Below, in pieces: positions 26,400 through 39,209 of a DNA stretch of 64,000 bases. The DNA comes from Ostrea edulis (Eukaryota), in NCBI RefSeq assembly GCF_947568905.1, contig NC_079170.1, positions 27,156,001 through 27,220,000 on the forward strand. The letters run 5' to 3'. A model generated the notes under the pieces. That model made no database searches. It worked only from the letters and a program-made list of their open reading frames with translations, and was not told where the DNA came from. The position numbers and the translations under genes are program-made. Position 1 is the first letter of the stretch. Every line of letters begins with the position of its first letter.

Positions 26400-27352
26400 A
26401 CAAATATATTACTTTACTAAATACCAATCTGGCCATACGCTCAAGTATTACAAAGATGCTGGATATTTTCATTGACAACATCTACGTAAATCGGATCTTC
26501 CAACAGTCTCTTGGAATTGCCATAGAAACGCATTAGGCTCCTTGTTTTCTATTCTTTTTTTAAGTGTCAGAATTCATTCAGAAGCTTCTACATGAGAGCA
26601 AATATCTTGCTGAGGACTTTAACTCAGCATTGATATTTAGGAGAAGGCTAACATATGTTTACCTTGCTGCCTAATTCCATTCAGAATCGAAAAATATATT
26701 GTTTAATAAAATAATAAATGTGTATTGATGACGTTGTATTTATTACAATGCTCATTTCCATCCATATGTTCATTCCATATATCCCAGAGAACTCGAAGCA
26801 AAAGACACCAAATCCTTTTCCATACCTGCTTCATTTTTGGATATTTCATGGAACATACCTGTCAACGGTAAACTAGCAAGTAGATTTTAAGACAAACGGT
26901 ATGACTTCAGTTTTTCCATCGTCAACTTCCCATATCTCTGTAGTAATATTCCCTTATCATCTGTGTATAGTATTTATATCTGTCAACTTTATCAATAACC
27001 TAGAGCATGTTCTGCGTATGATAAATATTTTTATTGGGGGAGGATACTGACAAATAAGTCGATGTTACAGGGGTTTTAGCAGTTTCATTTAAAGTAATTT
27101 TGCTTTCAAATCTAATGTCCTTACAATGATTTAATTTGCACATACTATCTCTCATTAGGATCAAGGTTGCCTCGTGTGTTTCATACTAATTGGTTTTGCA
27201 CAAATTGATTTTCATTACGCATTACTCCGTTTACCTGATCAATATGCAGGGCTCACGGTGAATGCGCCTAGTAAACAGGAGAAACTTACTCCTTAACACC
27301 TTATCCTACTTCCTGCATATTCAGGAGTCCTTGTTTGCCCTACTCTCAATTT
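26400..27352 (+). mobile_element. Decayed Penelope-like element, duplicated copy
   Basis: Paralogue of 8580-9570. Confidence 0.72.
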
Positions 27353-28469
27353 TGTCGTTATTTTCCGTGGACGTCCATGACGTTGATGGTCGCTGACTTG
27401 TCCTGTTACTCGAAAACGACTAAAAAGTTGACTGATAGTCGAGGGATGGACATCAAATTGTCACGCTACATCCTGTTGACGACATCCCACAATAAGTGTC
27501 CCGATAGCTCTGTTATGTTGATTTCCAGAGATTCGTGTACGTTTTTTCCATTTCAAGTTTCTCCAAACTTTCAGCGGCTTTTTTTGTGTGTACACTTGTT
27601 CGAAATGACACGCTGTGAATGTTTGCTTTGAAACTGCGTGCAATCAATGGTGACCAATTGTTTAGCAAAAACTTTAAAACACCAATCCATGACGTTCACG
27701 TATTGTAATAATCACTGATGCATTGCTTTCTCTGCACATTAGACTATTAAAACATTGTGCCCATGTGTATAGTCTTAATCATCAGGCAAGCGTTTCTAGA
27801 CTGATGGACCTCTTGTTGGTCTTTTTCAATCAAAGCATACAATGAATCAACAAATAAATGGATGCAGTTTGTGTTTAATAAATATCAGTACTGCACAAAT
27901 ACATTTATAGTTCGTTAATTAGAAAACCAGAAAAGACGTTGTAAGAGCCGTGGTCATGCAATGTTGATGTCCAGGTGTTCCAGTTTTGGATCCAGATTTT
28001 ATCCCCCTCGTTTAACAACAGCTGTAGAGTCTGGCTAGCATGTGGAAAAGTTTTAGTGTTAGAAAACACAAGGGACATCTTTTCGCCATTCTTAGTAATC
28101 TTGCCGTGGAAATAATTACTTGGATGACTCATCAAGCTACAGGAGATGCTGTAGAGACCGTTACAGGGGCGGTAAAAATACCAGTTGTTGGATGATAGGC
28201 TTCTCCCAAATTTGTCAAAACTCGATCATACTTTACCACAGCGTGAGCGCCCACTGCTGTGTCTTTGGACAGTAGGGCTGTGAAGGCAACACTCGCTCCT
28301 CTCTCTGCTAAACATGAATTATATCTAAGTACTTCGTGCATTTTGTTATTATCTTTTTTAAATGTTCATGTTCTAAATTTTCCGAAGGGTAAAAATTTCT
28401 AATATGCAGTTTTTATTTCACACCAATGCATATCATCATACCTAAGAAAATAGATCTAATGTTATAACA

Positions 28470-28730
28470 ATTTAGTTTGCCAATACAACCTATTATTATG
28501 TCAAATTCTGTCTGACGTGTTTCACACCGATTGTTAGATCGTTCTTGGCACACTGATTTTACCGACAGATAACTCCGTTTACCTGATCAAGATCTAGGGT
28601 TCATGGCGGGTGTGGCCGGTCGACAGGGGATGCTTACTCCTACATGTGTCCAGGGGACAGTGTTTACCAACTCTATTTTGTATTGCTTATAGGAGTAATG
28701 AGATTTACCATTGTTCGTAATCTTCACTTT
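28470..28730 (+). mobile_element. Penelope-like 3'-end fragment
   Basis: Paralogue of 10865-11100. Confidence 0.75.
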
Positions 28731-29129
28731 TCATCTAATGTCTAGTACAAGTATTTCAATTATTAGTCATATTAGTTACCTTCCGTGTACCAAAGTTATA
28801 TTTATGTCGTTATTCAAATAGTATGCTCTTTTTGTTCAAATTTATATCTTATGCTAGTCACTTATTAATTAATTGAAGACTTTCTGCTTTCTCTCTTCAT
28901 TTCAAATTAGTGTGTGACAAAATACTCAAAACGACAAATCATTCTAGCATAACAAGACAAATGTGACCATGTACATTTTACCCGATGTCAAGTACCGTTA
29001 GCAGATATTAGTAATATAACTTTTGATTATATTTACTCACAAAAGGGTAATTCTGAAATACATTGATTGAAATACAATATTCCAGTAATTTACATGAGAT
29101 CATGATCAATTTCTTTATCATTTGAAATC

Positions 29130-29682
29130 TGCATTTGATCCAAAACTTCACAAAGTGTGAATCAAATCCGGATTCTTCAAAATTCCAAAGAACTTTAACA
29201 AAAGTTTTAAGTCATAAAACTTCAAACATGAAGAGCATCAAAACGTAAGAATTTACAACACTTGCATTACTATTCCTCACGATAAATTACTGACTAGGAT
29301 TTTTTACATCATAAATAGTTGCTTTTTTGATAAAACTGGAACATATAAATATTCATATTTTGTGATGATTCAATAAAAAATTACTTTCTTACACATTATT
29401 TTCATTATACATGTAAATACTCTGAAGTTGATATAAAAAAGATCCAGGGGTTCTCATTGACAATATCTACGTCGTCTTTGGAGATCAAGTCTTCAAACAA
29501 TCCGGTGGAATTCCCATTGGCACGAATTGTGCTCATCTATTAACCGGCTTGTTTTTAGATTCATATGGGGCAGACTTTATAAGCGTCTACATAAGAAAAA
29601 ACGTATCTTGTTGAGGCCTAACATTTAGACATATCAGCGTTTTATCTATTAACAATGTTGATTTTTATTCATATGTTGATTT

Positions 29683-29685
<3 letters not shown>
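29130..29685 (+). mobile_element. Decayed Penelope-like RT fragment
   Basis: Paralogue of 11540-12150; CAATCCGGTGGAATTCCCATTGGCACGAATTGTGC corresponds to GIP-GTNC. Ends at (TG)n. Confidence 0.7.

Positions 29686-29730
<45 letters not shown>
29686..29730. repeat. (TG)n microsatellite
   Basis: Direct reading. Confidence 0.95.
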
Positions 29731-29731
<1 letters not shown>

Positions 29732-30142
29732 CAAATATGACAAACAGTGATCAAATTCATTGTTCTTTTCATTAACCATCCACTACAAATTCAATGTGTA
29801 TTTTCTCTTCGTTTTAGTTTTTCCCATTCATTTACAAAAATATGAAGATTGTAATTATACTTACGATAACCAGAAACGAGTCCCATTACAGCAAGAAAAA
29901 CAACACACTTCATCATGTTTCTTCTGAAAAACATATATCATAGAAATTCGACATTTCGCTGATATTATCGCCAAAATTTGCAATATCTTCATATCAGTTT
30001 ATATTTCCATTAATCCAGTCAACATGTTGAAAATGTTAAACTAGCTCTCGTCGTTTCTTTTTTCTCGTTCGTATTCATCATGCTTATTTTCAAATCAACT
30101 GTCATTATGAATCACATATTACTAATCTCCAACAGACACAAT

Positions 30143-30250
30143 GTATCATATTGTACACAATATACCATATAGTACATAATATATCATGTTGTACACAATA
30201 TATCATATTGTACACAATATATCATATTGTACACAATATATCATATTGTA
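30143..30250. repeat. 19-bp tandem repeat (TATCATATTGTACACAATA), ~5-6 copies
   Basis: Direct reading; fewer and more degenerate copies at ~13180-13225. Confidence 0.85.
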
Positions 30251-31398
30251 AACTATACCCAGTTGACGTATCATGTTGTTACAAATATTTCCCAAATGCT
30301 TTGCACAATGTCTTCAGTGTCTACCAATTTCACACAGAAATACACAAAATTACTGACTGATACATATATTATTTATTTTACTGCGTTTATCAGAATTTCA
30401 TTTTAAAATCATCAATGAATTGTGTACGTTATTTGGAACGGGTTATATAGTATACAATGGAGGGTATCTTTTAGGAAAGAAGAGTTAAAACTGATATGAA
30501 GTCTTAAATATAGTAGAATTTTCGGTGTCCGTAATTTTTTTTCTGCTTTTCCGCAATATTAGATGAATATTCCATTGCTGTATCAATCAGGGTTCGCATC
30601 GATGTTTCCGATTTATCTGCGCTGAGAGTCTCGACAGGTAACACGTACATATACATCTCCGATACTAATTTATAGGGACATGCATCAACAACAAATGAAA
30701 TCACGTTTTACAACACCAAGCACTGCTCAAAATTACAATATATCATACATCAGTAAAGCATTCTACACGTTTTGGATAAATAACTTTAGAATAATAAACT
30801 TTTCTTTACATGCATGTACGTACAGTTGCAGTAAACATGTCAAAATTATATAATAAACTTGGAGAAATATTTCATCAATTATCTTTTGATGGAATGGAAT
30901 AAGCAACGGACATAAAATTTATACCATTCCTTATCCACATTCACTTCACGCAAACTGGGAATACAGTAGTGTAAATTATGCACACGACATGCATGCTCGG
31001 CATGAAAACGCATCGAATGTGAGCGACTACTTGCCTGTGTCTACTCGTAATATCTGTGAAGTACCGTGGATTTACACGTGTACATTTGTTAAAAATACCT
31101 TAAGTAGTAGTAAAATTCCCTTTATTATAATAATCCATGAAACGTAACGATAAACTCCGTTTGTATTCCTACAGTAACATATCTTCACTATGTTTTACAG
31201 ACTGTGACACATTTACATTGTGGCCCGTGCCGATCAACTGTCTTCAGTCAAGTACCTTTACCAGAATGCTGTATTGCGCATGATCCTTGTTCTGTGATTT
31301 ACTGGTCAGAGTTTTGCAGATTTGTAATATAAGGAAATCATTTAGGTATTTAAACTGCATATGCATGTATAATTTGTATACACAATTGTGGGATTGAT

Positions 31399-31403
<5 letters not shown>

Positions 31404-31442
<39 letters not shown>
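31404..31442. repeat. (GA)n microsatellite
   Basis: Direct reading. Confidence 0.95.
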
Positions 31443-31445
<3 letters not shown>

Positions 31446-31889
31446 CAAACGTTAATCTTATGATTTTATTTACTGTTAGTTTCTCGTATGTTATTTATTT
31501 CTTAGTTACTATTCAATAGAAACTTTTTGTTTTGTCTTATATTCAAGGATGATAGGTACCCTCTGAAACATTGCTACTAGTATAAATGTACATGTACATA
31601 AAATATGGTATGGAATTCAAAATAATTGTCTTCCAGAATGAATAAATTACTTCATCTTTCTTTCGCATATAAGATTATATCCAAAAATACATCACGCGTA
31701 GAGTATTGACTGCACATTTTCACAGGTTGGCACTGCGATTACAAAAATATGATCCACGGAATTTTCATATTCAGTGTGTATGAATTTCTCAAACGATATT
31801 CTAGGTGTACCACTTTATATCAAACGAATTTTTGTTCGATAAAGTAGATGTAAAATCCACTATCGTTATGTAATTTCATAAGAAGGTCG

Positions 31890-32240
31890 TGTAGCAGTGC
31901 AAAATGTATTATCAACGCAAAATGAAATAAACTTAATTATATTTTGCGTTATCAAATTTTCCGTTCATTTTGACACAAACATTAATGACGCAAAATGTAA
32001 TAAAGGCAATTTATTTTGATCGATTGCTTTTTAGATAGTAAATACTGTGTATACAATAAAAATCTCCAAAACATATTAAGATATATACCTATGCAAATTT
32101 CACAACCATAAATTTCATGCTTACTACATTTTGCGTTGATCACGACATTTTGCTTCATTACATTCTGCGTTGGACTCGACGCAAAATGTACTAATACAAA
32201 ATGTAATCATTGCATTTATCAACTTTTGCATCGTTATCAG
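31890..32240. repeat. Cluster of ACGCAAAATG motifs in both orientations, probable MITE remnant
   Basis: Repeated (A)CGCAAAATG(T/A)A and ATTTTGCGTT; ends undefined. Confidence 0.4.
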
Positions 32241-32994
32241 GTACGCAGAATTAATAGGGTTTATTCACGATTTTAAAAAATTCAAAATGAAATCTTTGAA
32301 ATTCTTAAGCATTATAATTTCACTATGAACCCCTTTATTTTAGTCCATTTCACGATTTAATAATATAATTGAGAATTTTGTTTCAGAGAGGGTTCAACAC
32401 GTTGTCAATATCAAGCAATCAAATATAAAATTCATATTAAAATAATGCAACGTAAATATTTCTATTACCTAAGTTAGTATGTTTTCTCTAGTATCAAGTA
32501 CCTTTTTTAAATATGATTTAATTGTTGTATTGTACGAATGGTTAATCTGAAAAACCTACATGTAGATGAGGACCTTTAAGTGACGAGCGATCAAATTTGA
32601 AAAACATCCACTACTGGTCAGGAAAAGTAATGGATGTGTCATTTTGCTGATAAATGGTTATAATTTCTGCTATTGTGCTGTAGGTACTAATGCGTTCTGA
32701 TAATTACTGTTTTTGTGCTGTAGGTACTAATGAGTTCTGATAACTATTCACATTTTCACTGTTAGTACTTGTAATGTCTGTTGGTACTGGGGAATTTTCT
32801 GTCATTTGTTCCGTGACTTCTGATATTTCCTTTGTTGAGGAAAATACAGATGATTCTAAGAAATGACTAGCTATATTTGTAAAGAATTGCCGGAGAGAAA
32901 GAAAAAATCACTTTCAGAATCATTGGTTGTATTGAATACAATATTTAGAAATGTGCTTTTAATTTGCTGAATATCCAAATAAGAAAAGGAATTC

Positions 32995-33160
32995 AAATTC
33001 TATTGTCGTTATAACGATGTAATTTGCCAATACAACCTGTGTTTGGGTCAAATACTGTCTGACGTGTTTCATGCCTATTTTATGCCGTTCTTTACATACT
33101 GATTTTGACAACGCATTCCTCCGTCCACCTAATCAAGATATAGGGAATGGTTACTCCTCC
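32995..33160 (+). mobile_element. Penelope-like 3'-region fragment
   Basis: GTCGTTATAACGAT..TTGCCAATACAACC..CTGTCTGACGTGTTTCAT..AATCAAGATATAGGG. Confidence 0.7.
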
Positions 33161-33502
33161 TCACAATTTCTCAGTACTTCATAGAACTTATCAGTACAAC
33201 AGTCAAAATATCAGTAATTATCAGAACTTCTCAATACCGACGTCACAATAGCAGTAATTATTAGCATCTATCAGGAAACAATGTCAATCAGTACGTTTTT
33301 CGTCGAATAGTGCTGGCTCATGAATAAGCATGATGCCTCTTATATTTCTTTTAGAATTTGATATTCGCTAGAGGACAAAATTATTATTTTCATACTCCGA
33401 AGCCAACATTATTAAAACCTTTTGAAGATAGTTTTAAATAAGATATTGTACAATCTATTAAATATATTGTTTTTACGAATCCTAGAGTTCATTTACAGCA
33501 GT

Positions 33503-33570
33503 ACTTACCACCACAGTTTCACAGTACTATCAAGTAAGGTTCAGAATAGATCAAAATACCTACATATATA
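33503..33570 (-). promoter_or_regulatory. Candidate TATA plus non-coding first exon of G2
   Basis: GGTATATATGTAGG then a GTG|GTAAGT donor at 33509; homologous to 38500-38570 and 54920-54990. Confidence 0.4.
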
Positions 33571-33979
33571 CCATCCCGTACCCACATTTGGTGGGGAATT
33601 ACATGCATGATATCGATACTTAATTTTGTTTATGGGACTTCAGTATCATTTACAATTGTAAAGAACAATTGTTAACATTAAAAACGCAGACGTTGAAACT
33701 CATAAAATTTCATTTTGAATATAATACACCCCGTTATAGACCAGACTACCCACACATTATAAACCATTCTGTATTTCCATCTGGTTCCAATCTCCTTTTA
33801 ATGTTATCGATATTTGAATTGATCTATGCGTCATCAGCATGAGTTACATAAGTAAAGAATAATAGTAACAAAATAAGATATTGAAGTTTATAAACTACAT
33901 TGTAGAAGCATTGTTTCTTGTTATAGATTAGAATACCTGTATATTGTATACCATCCCATATCCACATCTGATGCAATAT

Positions 33980-34140
33980 TACAGAAACATTATCGATTCC
34001 CGTGCTGAGTCAGGTGATGATCACTGGATTAGAACGTTAGGTACTGCGTTTCTATATGGGTGTAATGACCAAGTAAATAATGTGGGGTATCTTTTAAGTC
34101 TACAATCAAGAATGATATTGTTTGGAATGGACAGAAATTA
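33980..34140 (+). mobile_element. GIY-YIG endonuclease C-terminal fragment of a Penelope-like element
   Basis: HWIRTLGTAFLYGCNDQVNNVGYLLS fits the W-I-x-x-L-x-T-x-x-P-Y-G-x-N motif ending PLE GIY-YIG domains. Confidence 0.6.
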
Positions 34141-34733
34141 TATAAGAGTCTGTATCAATTGACAGAATGAAAATCATCGCAAGAAATAGAGAAAGGACTG
34201 ACGAAATTACCGTGGTAGGGGTATGCTTGAAAAGAAGGGGGTAATTTACTGTAGATCACTGTATGTTGTAAAACAAGGTACTAATATAACCTATTAAAGC
34301 AATGAGACTACTTGTATATACTTTTGTACTTATTATGAGCACTTCGAATGAACTTTCAAATGCTGGTGGATTTTCAATCTCAAATCAACACAGTGAATAA
34401 ATGAGAGAGCCATATGAGAAATGAATTGGTACTCCTTTCATTTATAAGTTAGATACGTTGTCTTTTAATGGATACCCTGTAAAAGGTTTGTGTGTGAAAA
34501 AAAAAATTGACGAGGAAAGCAGTTTCAAATTCCTTTCAATTTGACCAAATATGACAAACTCGTTATGAAAGAATTTTTTCTACTGTTTTTAATGATATGG
34601 AATGTATTAAGTGCTTATATATATAGATACAGTGTGAAAATGGAAACATATCACGATTGACATAATAGAAAGGTACATTATGAATTCACCCAATCAAATT
34701 TTCTCATATACACATGTAGCAAACAGGTTATGT

Positions 34734-35129
34734 AATGTAAAACTTATACGGTACCAATTTTGATGCACCAGATGCGCATTTCGACAAATAATGTCTCTTC
34801 AGTGATGCTCAACCGAAATCTTTGAAATCCGAAATAACTATGAAGTTTTAGAGCTAAATATAGCCAAAAACAGCGTGCCAAACAAGTGGAGCCAAATTCG
34901 TCCAAGGATAAGAGCTATGCATGAGGGAGATAATCCTTAATTTTGAAATGAATTTCTAAATTTTATAACAGCAATTAAATATACATCCGTATTTTCAAGC
35001 TAGTAACGAAGTACTTAGCTACTGGGCTGTAGAGACCCTCGGGGACTAACAGTCCACCAACAGAGGCCTCGACCCAGGGGTCATAATGTAAAACTTATAC
35101 GGTACCAATTTTGATGCACCAGATGCGCA
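34734..35129 (-). mobile_element. Retrozyme-like element, 1.1 monomers (period 351)
   Basis: Full monomer plus a repeat of its end, stopping 8 nt past the cleavage junction. Confidence 0.88.
34761..34811 (-). ncRNA. Type I hammerhead ribozyme, intact core
   Basis: Same sequence as 20152-20202. Confidence 0.85.
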
Positions 35130-35165
35130 AGTATAAGATGTATTGTGTACAATATTCACTTAAAG

Positions 35166-35505
35166 AAAGGTGAAGATAACGAACACAGATCAATTTAATA
35201 ACTCCTATAAGCAACACAAAATAGATAGTTGGGCAAACACGGACCCCTGGACACACCAGAGGTGTCTAGGAGGAGTAAGCATCCCCTGTCGACCGGTCAC
35301 AACCGCCGTGAGCTCTATATCTTGATCATATAAACGGAGTTATCCGTAGTCAAAATCAGGGTTTCAAGAATGGCCTAACAATCGATGTGAAACACGTCAG
35401 ACACATTTGACCCCATGATAGGTTGTATTGGCAAACTAGGTCGTTATAACGACCTAGAAATTACGAAATGTTGACTTTAAACGAGACTGTTGAAACCCAT
35501 GTACC
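35166..35505 (-). mobile_element. Penelope-like 3'-end fragment
   Basis: AAAGGTGAAGATAACGAAC..GGGCAAACACGGACCCCTGG..CGAGACTGTTGAAA, the reverse complement of the shared terminus. Confidence 0.82.
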
Positions 35506-36681
35506 CTTATTTTCTTTGTCAATACTGTTTTGTCTCTGCTGAGAATCGAACCGAGACCTCTGGCACGACATTACAGTGCTCGACCGATCAAGCTCAATGG
35601 TTAACCCACTCGCTAGAGCTGACCAGAAGGTTATGCATTTTATGCAACTAAATTGTCGCCCCTCAGTGGGAGAGGCGTCCCAACGCTCCTGGACGTGCCT
35701 GTGGGGTGAAGTTCGTGGGACATTCACTCTCACCGGCCAGATATTACCCGGGCCACATGTTAGGAACCAAATGTAACTGCCATGTATGTACCTCAATTGA
35801 AAACTGAACCCAAAATCTCTGACACGACAGATCGAGTTAAAGAGCATCTAACACTACCACATTACAATATCCTTAATGATGTAAAATTACATTTTATGCT
35901 TCTTACAATTACTTTTATTTCATATGCTGGTTATAGATTTTATTTCATTATTTATTTTCTCTGTCTAACGTCCAAAAGATGGATTTTTCAATGAGATATT
36001 GTTTCATTATCTATATTTGTGAATTGAGAACCATAAGGTAAAATAAAGTTTAGAAAAATTCCTTATACATGATCTGATTAATGCTATGTCATACTATATC
36101 TGTTATCCATATATCTTATGAAAACATCCAAATAACGGCGAGAGAAAAAATCGAAAATGTAAACATTCGATGTTATAAAACTGCATTATAACAATTTTAC
36201 TTCCTTTTCGATCTATCTGTATTTTGTTTCTCATTTCGGGTGGTCTAGAGGGGTAGTATATCCCGAAAACAATTTATCGAAATACTCTAAAGAACCACAA
36301 CATATATCATGTATGGATTGTCCGTGCTCGTTCTAGATATTTCGGTTCATTAACGCTTGCCCCATAAATTCCATATTGAACTAGAGTGAAAAACTTGTTC
36401 TTCCCCCATGTGACCCATGTATTGAGGCAATGACCGCACGTTCTAGAGGAAGTTCAGGAATATTTTTGATATTTGTAATGCACTGTTGTCATCTTTTTAT
36501 GAAACCTATAGGAAAACCAGTTTCTCGGAATATGTATATCGTGCCATTGTGCATCGTCTCAGTTATCAGGAGAGCGTTTGTAGGTTCATGGACCTCTGGT
36601 TTTTAATGAAAGGATACAATGAATCATCACATGAATGGATGCAGTTTGTGTTTAATACAGATTCACACTACACAAATAGAT

Positions 36682-37045
36682 TTATAGTTCGCTAATTAGA
36701 AACCCAGAACACATTGTAGGTCATGAAATTTAGCTTTTATTTCCGTTCTTGTTCTACATCCATATTTTATCCCCCTTGTTTTACAGCAGTTGTAGATTCT
36801 GGATAGCATATGGATAGGTTTTAGCATGAGAAAATACAACGGACATCTTTCTACCATTCTTAGTGGACATAATTACTCATGAAGGTACATGGTATGGTGT
36901 AGAGACCGTAATAGGAGTCGGTAAAACACCAGTTGTCTGTTAATAGGCTCCTCCCCCAATTCGTCAACAGTCGATTATACTTTACATGAGCGCTCACTGT
37001 TCTGTCTTCACATACAAGGGCTGTAAAGGCAACCTTCCCTCCTAT
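36682..37045 (-). pseudogene. C1qDC copy G3, pseudogene
   Basis: GGKVAFTALVCEDRTVSAHVKYNRLLTNWG followed by frameshifts, deletions and stops. No signal exon between it and its promoter-like region. Confidence 0.85.
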
Positions 37046-37244
37046 CAGTGGTAAAACAAAATCAATGTACAAAGTCCATTTTAGTATATTAGTTTTAATG
37101 TTTATCTTCTCAACCATACAGGAAATGGTTTTTGAGGGGGCAGTACTTTTTAATGCTTCCCATCACTGCCTGTAGTATTCTATTCATACGTAAATAGAAT
37201 AAGATATTGAATGTGTAGCATTTATCCAATGAAAAGGAAGAGAA

Positions 37245-37363
37245 TAACGAACCGTGATCAATCTCATTACTCCTATAAGCAATACAAAGTAGATAGTTCG
37301 GCAAACACGGACCCCTGTACATAACAGAGGTGGGATCAGGTGCATAGGAGGAGTAAGCATCCT
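37245..37363 (-). mobile_element. Short Penelope-like 3'-end fragment
   Basis: GAATAACGAACCGTGATCAATCTC..GGAGGAGTAAGCATCC. Confidence 0.78.
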
Positions 37364-37732
37364 CTAGAATTTCATTCCCAACCCCTATATTCTATTTCAA
37401 TTCATTTATGATATATCAATGTGATTGTGATTTTTTCTAGAAAAACTTTCACACTTCGCAAATATTATATCTTTCACCTGTATGAAATTTATATTTTTTT
37501 CTGGATAAAAAGAGAGATATATGATGTTTTTCTATTCAATGATTTAGCTTCATGGGGTGCACTTATTATTGCGATTCATTTCTGCTAATTTTAAGAATGG
37601 TAAATCTGAAAAAGCTAAATGATGTATTTTAATTCAAAACGAGTTAAATATAATGCTAAATGGCTTATAATCAAGCACAATGAGTTTAATTCTTTCGTAC
37701 ATTTAACATTCGCCGCAGATATAGAATACATG

Positions 37733-38258
37733 AAAGGCGAAGATAACGAACAGTGATCAATCTCATAGCCCCTATAAGCAATACAAAATAGAGAGCGTGG
37801 CAAACATTGACCCCTGGACACACCAGGGGTGGGATCAGGTGCCTAAGAGGAGTAAACATCCCCTGTCAACCGGTAACACCCACCGTGAGCCCTTATCCTG
37901 ATCAGGTAAACAGAGTTATCCATAGTCAAAATCAGTGTGCTAAGAACGGCCTAACAATCGGTATAAAACACGTCAGACAGCATTTGACCCAATGATAGGT
38001 TGTATTGACGAACTAGATCGCTATAACGACCATAGAATTTGCGAAATGTGGACTTCAATCGAGACTGTGGAAGCCCCATGTACCATCAACTTGGTTTGTC
38101 AGTAGCTTGCCTCGATTTAAAAACTGACTATACGCTAAAGAAGCTCTTGCGTATCGAATCAATAGAGAGTTATAAACACCATATACAGGTGATAGTTGAA
38201 TACTGCTACATATATATGGGAAGTTGACGATGGAGAAGCTTAAATCATCGCGTTTGTC
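37733..38258 (-). mobile_element. 5'-truncated Penelope-like insertion with 7-bp TSD
   Basis: ATACATG at 37726-37732 and 38259-38265; empty site at ~54682. Translates YDKRDDLSFSIVNFPYICSSIQLSPVYGVY. Confidence 0.88.
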
Positions 38259-39209
38259 ATACATGTCTTTTACTCAGGAGTCAACAACTGTGAAACATTC
38301 AACAGAAATATTTCTACTTCAAGCTACTGCATTGCATTGGGGATGTTGATCTTACTAATTTTAAGGCTAAGCTTTATTTACAGTAATCATGACCACCAGC
38401 AGAGTTTATGGGTACAATAAAGTAAGGTTCTGTGGAAATATTTTCACCTGATTCTAGCTTACCCCGGTATGCTTTTTAAGGTTTATTTACAGTCATATTT
38501 ACAGTCAGCAGATTCCATCAGTAATGTTAAAAATAGATCAGAATACCTACATAGTATATACCATACCCTATCTACACCTGGTGCGAATCATAGTGGTATT
38601 CTCAGTACTTGAATTGATTTATACGACCTCAGTATCAGCCACATATGACATGAAAGGTACACTTAAGGTTATAAAACAGTATTGTTGAAATATAGCCCCA
38701 TGTTCGGCTTATCGGCGTATTCTGAATTTTTTATTCATAATTTCAGTCATATTCCTAGACGAGTATTTCGAATTACTGAAATGCTCAGGATTGTTTTTTA
38801 CATTTTTGCATTCTTTTTAGAGAAATGTTCTTACATACAAAATGCACAAGATAAACAAGGGTTTGTTGGATTATTTATGTTGAAACTAAGTTTTGGAATT
38901 AAAACAACTCACATTCTTACATAGACTAGCCCATACTTATTGTGTGTGTGAATTGTGTATCGTGGCTATGACTGCACATTCTAAAAAAGTTCAGGAACAC
39001 TGTTGCCTCTGGATATTTATTTTTATAACCTGATAATAGCACACGCAGGGAAACCGTTCCACAGAGTATCATTGTGTAATCTTGTTCTAATCATCAGAGG
39101 ATCGTTTCAATGTCAACGTTTCTCTTGGGATTTTTTTCCCTCTCAATTAGATGGAATAAAGAATTACCACATGTTAAAAGGATAGATATTTACATTTCTC
39201 AAATAAATT

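Larger units (their letters stand above)
27905..29916 (-). pseudogene. C1qDC copy G2 with a single -1 frameshift (pseudogene or assembly error)
   Basis: Signal exon 29916-29865 MMKCVVFLAVMGLVSGY C|GTAAGT; gC1q exon 28307-27905. A 4-G run at 28166-28169 where paralogues have 5 G splits the domain into ORFs 28132-28341 and 27905-28135. Confidence 0.85.
18042..30490. repeat. Segmental duplication unit B (paralogous to 1118-13480)
   Basis: Colinear with unit A, with extra insertions at 20130 and 21134. Confidence 0.93.

Noticed and set aside
32600-32860. Mucin-like Ser/Thr-rich exon on the minus strand (ESSVFSSTKEISEVTEQ..)
   Set aside because: The 40-nt repeat unit breaks the frame with stops, and an inverted copy nearby points to a repeat element.
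38390-38540. Short coding exons ending INSAG/MESAD (also 54810-54975)
   Set aside because: Phases do not join to the signal or gC1q exons, and the start codon lies downstream; more likely 5' UTR or intron.
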